Assembly: GCA_038751255.1 (NCBI GenBank)
Contig: JBCDGN010000006.1
Span: 689-64,688, forward strand
Length of the DNA: 64,000 nt
Reading direction: 5' to 3'
Origin: Pseudomonadota bacterium
Lineage (GTDB): Bacteria; Pseudomonadota; Alphaproteobacteria; Rhodobacterales; Rhodobacteraceae
Shown here one piece after another: positions 9,436 to 17,642 of this stretch; the first letter of the stretch is position 1, and every line of letters begins with the position of its first letter. The position numbers and the translations under genes were made by a program. Below the pieces are notes generated by a model. The model was not told the DNA's origin, searched no databases, and saw only the letters and a list, made by a program, of their open reading frames with translations.

Positions 9436-11507
9436 TGACGATCCAGCTTCATGAGCGCGTTTACAAATTCACCACACCGATGATGCGCGGCACTTCGGTT
9501 CAGTTTATTCAGCGGGCTCTGATCGCCGCTGATCTGCTGCCTGCGGGTGAAGATGATGGGCTCTTTGGTACGGCGACGCGCGATGCGGTGTCTGAGTTTC
9601 AGCGCCGAAACGGTCTTGGGGTGGATGGCAAGGTCGGGCAGAACACCGCCGCCGCGCTGAATAAGCTTTTGGATGGCACGCCACCTTCGGAGATGCGGGG
9701 ATCTGGAACGCCATCGGCTCCGAAAAAGCCTGTCTTCACCGGCGCGGGTCCGAAGGTTGTCTCGGATGAACTGTTGCCGAATGCCCGTCCGAAGCGGGTG
9801 ATTATACATTGGACAGCAGGCCGGGGCCGTGCCTCTAACCTCGACAAATCCCATTATCATTTTCTGGTGGAGGAGGACGGCTCGGTGGTTCAAGGGCTCC
9901 ACCGGATCGATGCCAATGACCGACCTCATCCTAACCCGCGCGCCTCGCATACCCGTCGGTTGAACACCCATTCCGTGGGCGTTTCGCTTTGCGGGATGCA
10001 CAATGCCCAGGAGCGGCCTTTCGATGCGGGGAGATTTCCCCTGCGCGAGATCCAAGTGCAGGTCATGGCGCGGCTGGTGGCGCAAATCTGCCGACGCTAC
10101 GACATCCCTGTGACGCGTGAAACCGTGCTTGGGCATGGCGAGGTGCAAGACATCCTCAATGTGGAACAAAATTTCAAATGGGACCCGATGGTGCTGCCGT
10201 GGAAGCGCGATCTGACCTTTCGCGAAACCGGCGACTATCTGCGCGATTTGATCAGAAATGCGATGGAAGAAGACATCGCGGGCGAAGCCGCTGAGACCGA
10301 TGGCACCGGTCAGAGTGATCTCGTGATTTCCGGGCGTAAGGTGTCGGGTGGAGTGATAGATTACGATACCGCCACGTGGATCGCACTGGAACCCACCTGT
10401 CAGGCGATGGGCTGGCCAGCGCCGGTTCTGCTGGGTCTGCCCGAAGATGATAGCCTGGAAGATGAGGCCAATGGGGTTCAGATCGTGCCGAGTGAAGCCC
10501 CAATTGTGCTGTCTCACCGAATGATCCCGGTCGATCTGAAGTCAGAGGTGCTGTGTGTGCGGGCCGATGACTTTGCCGAGGCACTGGAGCTTGGCATCAA
10601 GGTTGAGCCTTCTGGTCAGGTCACGCTCGAAGGCACCATCGGCGGGATTGAAAAAGACGCGGTGACTGGGGCGGTGATGCGTTTTGTGACGATCCAGCGT
10701 GGTGACACACTTTCGGCCATTGCCCGGCGCGAGCTCGGGGATAGTGCGCGCTGGCGAGAGCTGCGGGATGAGGATGGCACGCACTATGATGCGGATAGTG
10801 CGCGGCGCATTTCGGCCGGGGATCGTGTGATGTTGCCGGATGGCACGGCGGCACCAGGGGCCGAAACACAACCGAAATCGGTCGCGGGTCTCACTCCGGA
10901 GATCATCGCAGAAGCCGCGGAAGCCGTCGCGAAGGCGGCCGATCCCGCCTTGAACCGCAAACGCGCCAAAGCGGCACTGCCTGGGATTTTGGAGGCCTGC
11001 TATAAATGGGGCGTCACCGACCGCTCTCACATTGCCTATGTCCTTGCCACGGCGCAGCACGAGTGCAATTTCGGCCACCCGATGGAAGAAAACTGGCGCA
11101 AAAGTGCGGCGCAGTTGGCATATGAGAACAGCAATCTGAACGAAAAAGACGGCGACGGGTTTCTGTTTCGTGGGCGCGGCTATGTGCAACTGACGTTTCG
11201 CTACAACTATCGTCGTTATGGCAAAATCGTGGGACGCGATTTGGAAAATGATCCCGATGACGTGAAAGATCCCGCTGTGGCTGCGGAGATCTTGGTCTAT
11301 GGCATGAGCCAAGATGGGTTTTGTGGACCCAACAAGATCCTATCGGCCTTCGGCGAAGGACCGGATTTCGACTTTATCGGCGCGCGTGCCATCGTGAACG
11401 GCGACAAGAACAAGCACGAAAAGCGCTATGGCACGACCAAAGGTCGGGGCATCGCAGAGCGCGCCATAAGGTTCCGCGACGCTTTAGACACCGTGGACTT
11501 ACCCTAG
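9426..11507 (+). CDS. Multi-module peptidoglycan hydrolase: PG_binding_1 + Amidase_2 (N-acetylmuramoyl-L-alanine amidase) + LysM + GH19/COG3179-like lysozyme module
   Basis: No N-terminal signal peptide. Modules in order: GLFGTATRDAVSEFQRRNGLGVDGKVGQNTAAAL (PG_binding_1); VIIHWTAGRG..HYHFLVEEDGSV..ETVLGHGEV (Amidase_2/PGRP type); VTIQRGDTLSAIARRELGDSARW (LysM); ATAQHECNFGHPMEE..FRGRGYVQLTFRYNYRRYG (phage-endolysin-type chitinase-like fold). Alternative start ATG 9435 (TGATG overlap). Confidence 0.85.
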   Translation: MRVMTIQLHERVYKFTTPMMRGTSVQFIQRALIAADLLPAGEDDGLFGTATRDAVSEFQRRNGLGVDGKVGQNTAAALNKLLDGTPPSEMRGSGTPSAPKKPVFTGAGPKVVSDELLPNARPKRVIIHWTAGRGRASNLDKSHYHFLVEEDGSVVQGLHRIDANDRPHPNPRASHTRRLNTHSVGVSLCGMHNAQERPFDAGRFPLREIQVQVMARLVAQICRRYDIPVTRETVLGHGEVQDILNVEQNFKWDPMVLPWKRDLTFRETGDYLRDLIRNAMEEDIAGEAAETDGTGQSDLVISGRKVSGGVIDYDTATWIALEPTCQAMGWPAPVLLGLPEDDSLEDEANGVQIVPSEAPIVLSHRMIPVDLKSEVLCVRADDFAEALELGIKVEPSGQVTLEGTIGGIEKDAVTGAVMRFVTIQRGDTLSAIARRELGDSARWRELRDEDGTHYDADSARRISAGDRVMLPDGTAAPGAETQPKSVAGLTPEIIAEAAEAVAKAADPALNRKRAKAALPGILEACYKWGVTDRSHIAYVLATAQHECNFGHPMEENWRKSAAQLAYENSNLNEKDGDGFLFRGRGYVQLTFRYNYRRYGKIVGRDLENDPDDVKDPAVAAEILVYGMSQDGFCGPNKILSAFGEGPDFDFIGARAIVNGDKNKHEKRYGTTKGRGIAERAIRFRDALDTVDLP

Positions 11508-11535
11508 CTCTCGGTTCGGCTCCTCAGGCGGAAAC

Positions 11536-14500
11536 CTATCGCGTTGAGCTCGCGGTGGACGTCGGTGGTGCAATTTGTAAGGCCTCTAGATCAATCGCAA
11601 CAGGTTTGGGAGCCTCGCCGGGGAGGGTCCCTGCGCGACGGTCGGACACTCTCAAGATGTGGGTGTTTAAATTCTCGGCCATGGGAATGCCTTCGGCGAT
11701 CTTCACCAGGCCGTCTTGAAAGATCTCAAACTGCGCATGGTAAAGCGCCTGGTTGTGCAGAATCGTTGCTGTGGCTTTCCAAAGACCGGGTGTTTCGGGT
11801 GTGGCCCAAAGCACCAAGGGACGCATCACGGCATGGGCTTGGGCCAGATCGTTGCCGCTGCGGTCGGTCTGCCAAGGCAACGCCTCTGCCGCCTCAAAAA
11901 TAGCGAAACTGCCTTCACCCTGACGCCCGTTAAAGTAATGCGTGTAGAAGCGTAGGTAAGCTCCGACGCTGTGAGCCTGATCCATTTTGATGGGACCGAG
12001 CGCGTTTGCGCGATGGATTGCTTCTATCGACCCATCCAATTCAATTGCCTTTTCGCTGTTGAGAATGACGAAACTGCGAACGGGCGCTCTGGGGCCGAAG
12101 CCGAACTGCGCCTCGACCAATGCACCTTCGTCGTAGAAAGACAGCGCAGTTTCGCGCAGATAAACCAGAGAGTTTTCTTCGTCAGCATCCAAAACCTCAG
12201 CGATCAGGCCAAAACTTGCTTCGAAGTCTTCTCCATCCAGAGTGCGCCAACTCGCATGCAGAAGCGGTGCGCGTCCCCAACCAAGGCCTTCGCGCCCGCT
12301 AAAGGCATCCTCACGGTCCAAATTGCGCAGCTCGCCAAGGACAATAGGGGCCTCCCGTCGTGCTTCGGCGCTGAGCGACGCGCGCCGATCTCTAGCAAGT
12401 TGATTGGCGATATCGCGGGCAAGCGCGAGCCGTGCATCGATCTTTTTGTCCAGCGCCACGCGGGCGATTAGAATGTCGATCGGTTGATCCTCAGGCCTTG
12501 CGTCATCGTCGCTGCCACGGACCAAGTGTTGGAGTTTTTCAAAGCGCTCAATCAACGCCAACACAAGTGGCAGACTATCAAGTGATCCCAAGGTCTCTGG
12601 CAGATAGATATCAATCTCTCGGAGCGCTTGCAGCTCCTGATCAAGGCTGCGGGCTGCACGCAAATAAAGATCGGCCGATATCAGTGCCGAGGTGAGGTGA
12701 CCGGGCTGACCGGGATCGAGCTCTAGCGCATCTCGGAAGGTGGTCAGAGCCAGTCCCAAAGCGGTCTTTGCCTCACTTGTGCGTCCCATAATGTGATGTG
12801 TGTTAGCGGCAGCTTGGTGGACAAAAGCCTGTCTTGCGACGGGTTCAGAGAGGCGCGGCGCAAGTTCTTGCTGCGCTTTGGCTTCTGCGATCGCCTCGTC
12901 ATGGAGCTCCCAGAAAAGTTCTGGCGTCAGACGTTTTTCGCCCAGATGCAGTAGCGCGCCATAGATATTCGCCCTTTGATGCAAGCTATAATAGGCGTTT
13001 GGATCGTCCATCGCATCAACTTGGAAATTGTCCAGAACAAAAAGCGCAGAGGATACAAGATCGTGGTCGAGACTGCCTTGTTGTGCTGCGTTGTCCAAAT
13101 CCATCATTGCCAGCAGCATCTCGGATTCAAACAAAGCTTCCGCTGGCAGCGTGCCTGTTTGCCGGAGTTGCTTGATCGTCTCGCTCATACTATCCCGCGC
13201 GATGTACACTCTGGGAAGTGGTGCCCGACGTTCCAGAATCCACTGCGCGGCGCGGAGCCATGTGGTATCCCAGATCAGCCGGTTTTGTGGCAACCCACGG
13301 GTCTGCAAATCATCGAGCAACGCTTCAGAAGCGATGACATCGGCCTCTGTCTGACCAAACTGATCTGCCGCTGCAGCATAATTCGCGCGCATCACCAAGG
13401 CTGTGAGCAACCGGTGGCGCGTTTCACCATTGCTTTGATCTTCGCGCGCAAGGGTCTCTAGCCGGGAAATCGCGTCATTGAGTGTTCTCGGCACTCCCAT
13501 ATGCGGAGTACGTTCGTAGAAGATGCTCGCTTTTGTGGAATCGATCTTCGCGCGCAACAGCGTAAGGCGGCGGAAATCCATCTCATCGCTGTTCAGAAGT
13601 TCCAGAGCGACGTTGTCGGCCATCTCGATGAACGGATCAGGCGAGATGTCGTAGCGTTCCTCGAAATCGAGATTTCTCAACGCAATCGCGCCATCCAGTG
13701 CTGCATTGGCAATCGCATAGCGTATTGCTGCGATCGAGCGTCCTTCTGCCTCTGCAAGGGTCTCTGGCGCGCCCAGGGCATCTTGCCACTCCGACCTGAA
13801 GCTTTTGAGCACTGGTTCGACACGGTCCCATTGGGTTGCGAAATCTCCGACATCGAACAAAGTCGCGGCGCGAAGTGTCTCTGACCGAACATGGATCTCT
13901 AATCGTTCGACGGCGGAAAAGTCTTGCTCACGCGACAGTTCGTCGGCGCGTTCTAGCCACGTTTCCATTCGGATAAGGTCAAGATCCGCGCTGGCATGTT
14001 CGGCCAAGGCTAAGGCCGCGGCGCGTTCAAGATCAGGTTCGGGCGTCCAGCTGTCTCGCGCATCGGTCAATAAAGTCTCGAGCCGCCCCGCCAAATTGCT
14101 TTCATAGGCCCACATTCCTGCATCGCGCAGTGCGTTCAGGCCCGCCAAATAGAACTCAGCGCGCTGGTGCGTTAGTTCGGGCGACGGTCCGGAGACCTCT
14201 TCAATTGAGAGCAGGGCCTGTTCTGTGTCTTGGATCAGCCCGAGCTTCTCGGATGCCGGTATCGCGGCGTTCGTTTCTAGTCTTTCAACAAAGCCAAGTG
14301 CCAATTTCTCTGTGCTGGTAAGCAGTTTTCCACGTTCTTGAGCGACCTCTTGCTCTTTTTCCTGTGCATAGGTGGCAGCTTGGCGGGCATAGAAAACCGC
14401 GACCAGAGCGATGATGGCAATGACAGAGGCCGTGCCCGCCAGGGTTGCCAAGGCACGGGTGTTGCGGCGTCGGCGCTTTTCAATTTGTTCTTGCTCTGTC

Positions 14501-15957
14501 CGCTCTGCGATTTCGCTCTGAGTAAGAAAGCTTTCCAAGGGCTCAAGCGATTTGACATAGCGCTTCGCCCAGGCCGGCTTTGGGTCCGTTTCGTGCCACC
14601 AATTTGACATGGTGTCCAAATCGAGCCCTGCCAAAAGCCCGCCTTCATTGGCACTGTACCGCGCCTCAGCATTGGCCAATCGGCGGAGCGATGCCGCAGC
14701 GGCGGCCTCTTCCCCAACCCAGGCGGACAGATCGGTCCATTGACGGATCAAACTTTCATGGCTGATATCGACGATCATATCCGGACTGAACGGCTGCGAG
14801 ATGTCGGGCCGTAAATAGTTCGCGCCGGTGGCGCGGAACGCGTCGATCACTGGGGCCAAAACCATCGGATCAGCGTCAATCTCGTTTGCGAGGTCCGCAA
14901 CGCGCAGGGGACGGCGTGTCGCAGCTTCAAGCGACACACCACGGACAAGTGAGCGAAAAATCTTTGGCACAATCGCTTTTTCAGCATCGCTGAGGCCTGC
15001 GATGATTTCATCGCTATGGGCGTCAATCGCACCTTTCAGGCCGCCCAGGGCGACATAGGCCTCGCTGGTCAAAACGACGGGATCATCATCTGCAGCCAGT
15101 TGCCATAGGCGGTTCAACAGATGTTGCATAACCGGCAACTGATCCGCGCGACGTGACAGCGCACGCAGCTGGTCCGAAAGGTCTTCCGCCCCCCAAGGCG
15201 CGAAACTGCTGAGATCGTTGAGAATCGTGTTGACCAATTTGGGCTCGATCTCGGTCCCAACCAGGCGGGCAGGTCCAACGATCGCCTGACGGCACTCTTC
15301 GCGCGTCATCCGCGGTGTTAGGTAACTGCCCGCGTTGATCCATTCTGTCAGATTGGGGATCAATGCACAGGCACCCAGGAATTCCGATCGCATGGTCAAG
15401 ACCACATGAATCCGGCCTTCTGACCAATCGGCGGCCTCCGTCAGCAGTTTGACGAACGCCTCCGCGGTTTCGCGTTCCTCATATTGCGAGAAGCGAAACA
15501 GTTCTTCGAATTGATCGACCAGCACCAATAGCTGCGCTGATTCCGGGATATGCCCATCTTCGATCCATTCGACCAGTGATCGAGGCCCGCGTCGGAGGTT
15601 CCACTCCAGTGCATCAAGTTGTTCGTCCAGAGTGGCTTCGGTGGTTTCTTCGCCGGAATGGATGGTCTTCAACGCCCGCGCAAGACTTCGGATCGGCTGA
15701 CCGCCCGGGGCGAAGTCGCAAAAACACCACTCAGAGCCCGCGGGGTGCAAGCCCAACTCGAGCCCTTCGAACAGACCGGTGCGAACAAGTGAAGACTTCC
15801 CAGAGCCCGACGCACCTAAGACAGCCAGAAACCTGGTTTTGTGCAATCGTTGGATCAGTTCTGCAACCGCGTCGTCCCGTCCGAAGAATAAATCACCCTC
15901 GTCAGTGTTGAAGGCACGTAATCCGGGATAGGGCAGTCGAGCTTGCGGATTGGTCAC
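11536..15957 (-). CDS. STAND-class P-loop NTPase with one transmembrane helix and a ~950-aa helical-repeat C-terminal region
   Basis: Long ORF 11536..16152. Start placed at GTG 15957, which overlaps the TGA of the upstream TIR gene (GTGA); the remaining 5' part of the ORF lies inside the TIR CDS. N-terminal motif PYPGLRAFNTDEGDLFFGRD, Walker A GASGSGKSS, Walker B LLVLVDQFEELF. RRRR followed by the helix ALATLAGTASVIAIIALVAVFYA (nt 14386..14454). TPR-like helical repeats, then an unassigned globular C-terminus. Confidence 0.85.
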   Translation of the reverse strand: MTNPQARLPYPGLRAFNTDEGDLFFGRDDAVAELIQRLHKTRFLAVLGASGSGKSSLVRTGLFEGLELGLHPAGSEWCFCDFAPGGQPIRSLARALKTIHSGEETTEATLDEQLDALEWNLRRGPRSLVEWIEDGHIPESAQLLVLVDQFEELFRFSQYEERETAEAFVKLLTEAADWSEGRIHVVLTMRSEFLGACALIPNLTEWINAGSYLTPRMTREECRQAIVGPARLVGTEIEPKLVNTILNDLSSFAPWGAEDLSDQLRALSRRADQLPVMQHLLNRLWQLAADDDPVVLTSEAYVALGGLKGAIDAHSDEIIAGLSDAEKAIVPKIFRSLVRGVSLEAATRRPLRVADLANEIDADPMVLAPVIDAFRATGANYLRPDISQPFSPDMIVDISHESLIRQWTDLSAWVGEEAAAAASLRRLANAEARYSANEGGLLAGLDLDTMSNWWHETDPKPAWAKRYVKSLEPLESFLTQSEIAERTEQEQIEKRRRRNTRALATLAGTASVIAIIALVAVFYARQAATYAQEKEQEVAQERGKLLTSTEKLALGFVERLETNAAIPASEKLGLIQDTEQALLSIEEVSGPSPELTHQRAEFYLAGLNALRDAGMWAYESNLAGRLETLLTDARDSWTPEPDLERAAALALAEHASADLDLIRMETWLERADELSREQDFSAVERLEIHVRSETLRAATLFDVGDFATQWDRVEPVLKSFRSEWQDALGAPETLAEAEGRSIAAIRYAIANAALDGAIALRNLDFEERYDISPDPFIEMADNVALELLNSDEMDFRRLTLLRAKIDSTKASIFYERTPHMGVPRTLNDAISRLETLAREDQSNGETRHRLLTALVMRANYAAAADQFGQTEADVIASEALLDDLQTRGLPQNRLIWDTTWLRAAQWILERRAPLPRVYIARDSMSETIKQLRQTGTLPAEALFESEMLLAMMDLDNAAQQGSLDHDLVSSALFVLDNFQVDAMDDPNAYYSLHQRANIYGALLHLGEKRLTPELFWELHDEAIAEAKAQQELAPRLSEPVARQAFVHQAAANTHHIMGRTSEAKTALGLALTTFRDALELDPGQPGHLTSALISADLYLRAARSLDQELQALREIDIYLPETLGSLDSLPLVLALIERFEKLQHLVRGSDDDARPEDQPIDILIARVALDKKIDARLALARDIANQLARDRRASLSAEARREAPIVLGELRNLDREDAFSGREGLGWGRAPLLHASWRTLDGEDFEASFGLIAEVLDADEENSLVYLRETALSFYDEGALVEAQFGFGPRAPVRSFVILNSEKAIELDGSIEAIHRANALGPIKMDQAHSVGAYLRFYTHYFNGRQGEGSFAIFEAAEALPWQTDRSGNDLAQAHAVMRPLVLWATPETPGLWKATATILHNQALYHAQFEIFQDGLVKIAEGIPMAENLNTHILRVSDRRAGTLPGEAPKPVAIDLEALQIAPPTSTASSTR

Positions 15958-17414
15958 AAGCGCGGTTCCAATACGTGAAAGATCCGGTCGATGTCGAAGC
16001 CATCGGTGCAATCGATAACTTCGAGACTTGGAAAGCTTTGGTTGATTGATGCACCGCCCTTCGGAGGCGCTTTCACTAAAACCGTGAATTCCGGAGGTGT
16101 TTCGCGCAGGGCAATCGCGCGTCTCAAGCGATTCAGGAAGCTTCGCACCCAAGACACGGGCGCATTGCCCTGCATCATCAAAACCGCATCACTTTCGGTG
16201 AGGTTGAACCAGATATCCTCGTCCCGCTCATGCGGATCGTCATCGAAACAGGGAATTGCCGCGAAACGTTTGCGCGCACCAAAAGCCTGCAAAAGCTCTG
16301 AGGCGATGTGTTCGTCGCTGGCATCGGCGCCTATGAAGTAGTGTGATGTGCTGAGCTTTTCAGGCGCAGGCTTCTTGATCTTTTCCAGGCGTTCGACAAT
16401 CTCAGATTTGAACGCTTCCAATCCTGAGGCGATCACATGTTCTGCGGATAAAAGACTTTGATGATGTTCTTGTGGGATCTGTTCAAGGTCGATTTCCTGA
16501 TGGCGCCAGCCGAGCCGCTCGACACCCGCCGCTTGGGCTGCGTCAGCCTGATACATGGGATAGCCGTCCGGCATATCCGGTGGTTGGCGTCCCGCTGTTC
16601 GACCGAGCAATTGCACGAACAAATCAGCGTCCTGCAAATCTTTTTCGAAGGCTGCGCGAAACTCCTCGCCGCCTTGTGGATAGTGGAACTCTGGGACGAC
16701 CTTGATACCAAGCTGCATAAGCGCCGCCCGCACCTGTTCGCGTTCAAAATCCACATCCTCGGTTGATTGCGCCAACAGCACGGTGCCGCGATCAGAAGAT
16801 TGCGTTTCATCAATCTCTGGATCTAAACGAGCACTTGGCGCGATCGGCCTTGTTCTGGTGCCGCCGGACGAGCGCGCATTCCGGATATCGACCAATGCAT
16901 CACGCAACTGATTGGCAAGCTGTGTGATATTTGTCATGTAGAGTTCCCAATCGGTCTTTATGTCGAGCATCATAGGTGTCTGCCCGGTCGGTCCGGAACG
17001 CCGCCAAAACTCAAACCGCAGATGTTCCGATAGCCCAAACCGCGCCTGGCCAGTTTCTTCTAGTGGCAATAACTCAACAAAGAATTGCTGGTTTGAGGAG
17101 GGGTTGTGCCGCCGAAAGCAATCCAGTTCCAGCTGCGTGTACTGGCTATTGACGAAGGCCGGCGAGGCAAGGCCGAGAAACAACGCTGATCCACCGACCT
17201 CTTCGGTCAAAGCCTGATCCAACACTTGATTGGCGCGCAGATGCGTTTGGTCCCAGAACACCTCAACCCCTTGTTGGCTGAGCCTTTGGTTCAGCATCTC
17301 CCTTAGTCGCTGAACGAAAGTTTCTACGACCCCATGATCGTCAGAGCCACGAATATTATCCGCGTGGGCATAACTGATAAACAGGTCGTTTTTGCATCCA
17401 GGAATGAAGGCCAT
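15954..17414 (-). CDS. TIR domain protein with unassigned ~340-aa C-terminal extension
   Basis: N-terminus KNDLFISYAHADN plus SQYTQLELDCF (conserved Glu position) fits the TIR fold. The later stretches DADLFVQLLGRTAG and SDAVLMMQGN resemble DUF4062/TIR-like strands, but I cannot assign them. Confidence 0.85.
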   Translation of the reverse strand: MAFIPGCKNDLFISYAHADNIRGSDDHGVVETFVQRLREMLNQRLSQQGVEVFWDQTHLRANQVLDQALTEEVGGSALFLGLASPAFVNSQYTQLELDCFRRHNPSSNQQFFVELLPLEETGQARFGLSEHLRFEFWRRSGPTGQTPMMLDIKTDWELYMTNITQLANQLRDALVDIRNARSSGGTRTRPIAPSARLDPEIDETQSSDRGTVLLAQSTEDVDFEREQVRAALMQLGIKVVPEFHYPQGGEEFRAAFEKDLQDADLFVQLLGRTAGRQPPDMPDGYPMYQADAAQAAGVERLGWRHQEIDLEQIPQEHHQSLLSAEHVIASGLEAFKSEIVERLEKIKKPAPEKLSTSHYFIGADASDEHIASELLQAFGARKRFAAIPCFDDDPHERDEDIWFNLTESDAVLMMQGNAPVSWVRSFLNRLRRAIALRETPPEFTVLVKAPPKGGASINQSFPSLEVIDCTDGFDIDRIFHVLEPRL

Positions 17415-17579
17415 GTTGAGACGATCTCACAATTACCGTCGCAACGTCACCCTTAAAGCGTTGGTCTGGCAGTTAAAAGTCTGTGTTCTGACCCAGGGAG
17501 AATGCCACCAACCAAAATTTTTTGTGGCTTGGTCCGGACAATCGCCGCGGGTCAAACACTGACGGAAAAAGTTGCGGCG

Positions 17580-17598
17580 TGGGCAATTGTTTTGCCCA
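17580..17598 (-). terminator. Possible weak terminator hairpin after the caspase/PG-binding gene
   Basis: TGGGCAA-TTGTT-TTGCCCA (7-bp stem), 45 nt downstream of the stop at 17643 on the minus strand. A T-run follows only after a spacer, so this is weak. Confidence 0.3.
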
Positions 17599-17642
17599 AC
17601 GCCGAAATCGGGATGATCTATGCGGTCATCATTTTTGGCAAA

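Noticed and set aside
9252-10517. 421-aa minus-strand ORF (and 10542-11312, 256 aa) opposite the peptidoglycan hydrolase gene
   Set aside because: Arg/His/Pro-rich, low-complexity translation with no motifs. It lies antisense to a CDS with four recognisable domains, so it is a typical shadow ORF of GC-rich DNA.
15958-16152. 65-codon 5' extension of the STAND ORF
   Set aside because: It lies wholly inside the 3' end of the TIR CDS in another frame and its translation is not protein-like. GTG 15957 overlapping the TIR stop is the more economical start. It is still possible that the true start is different.
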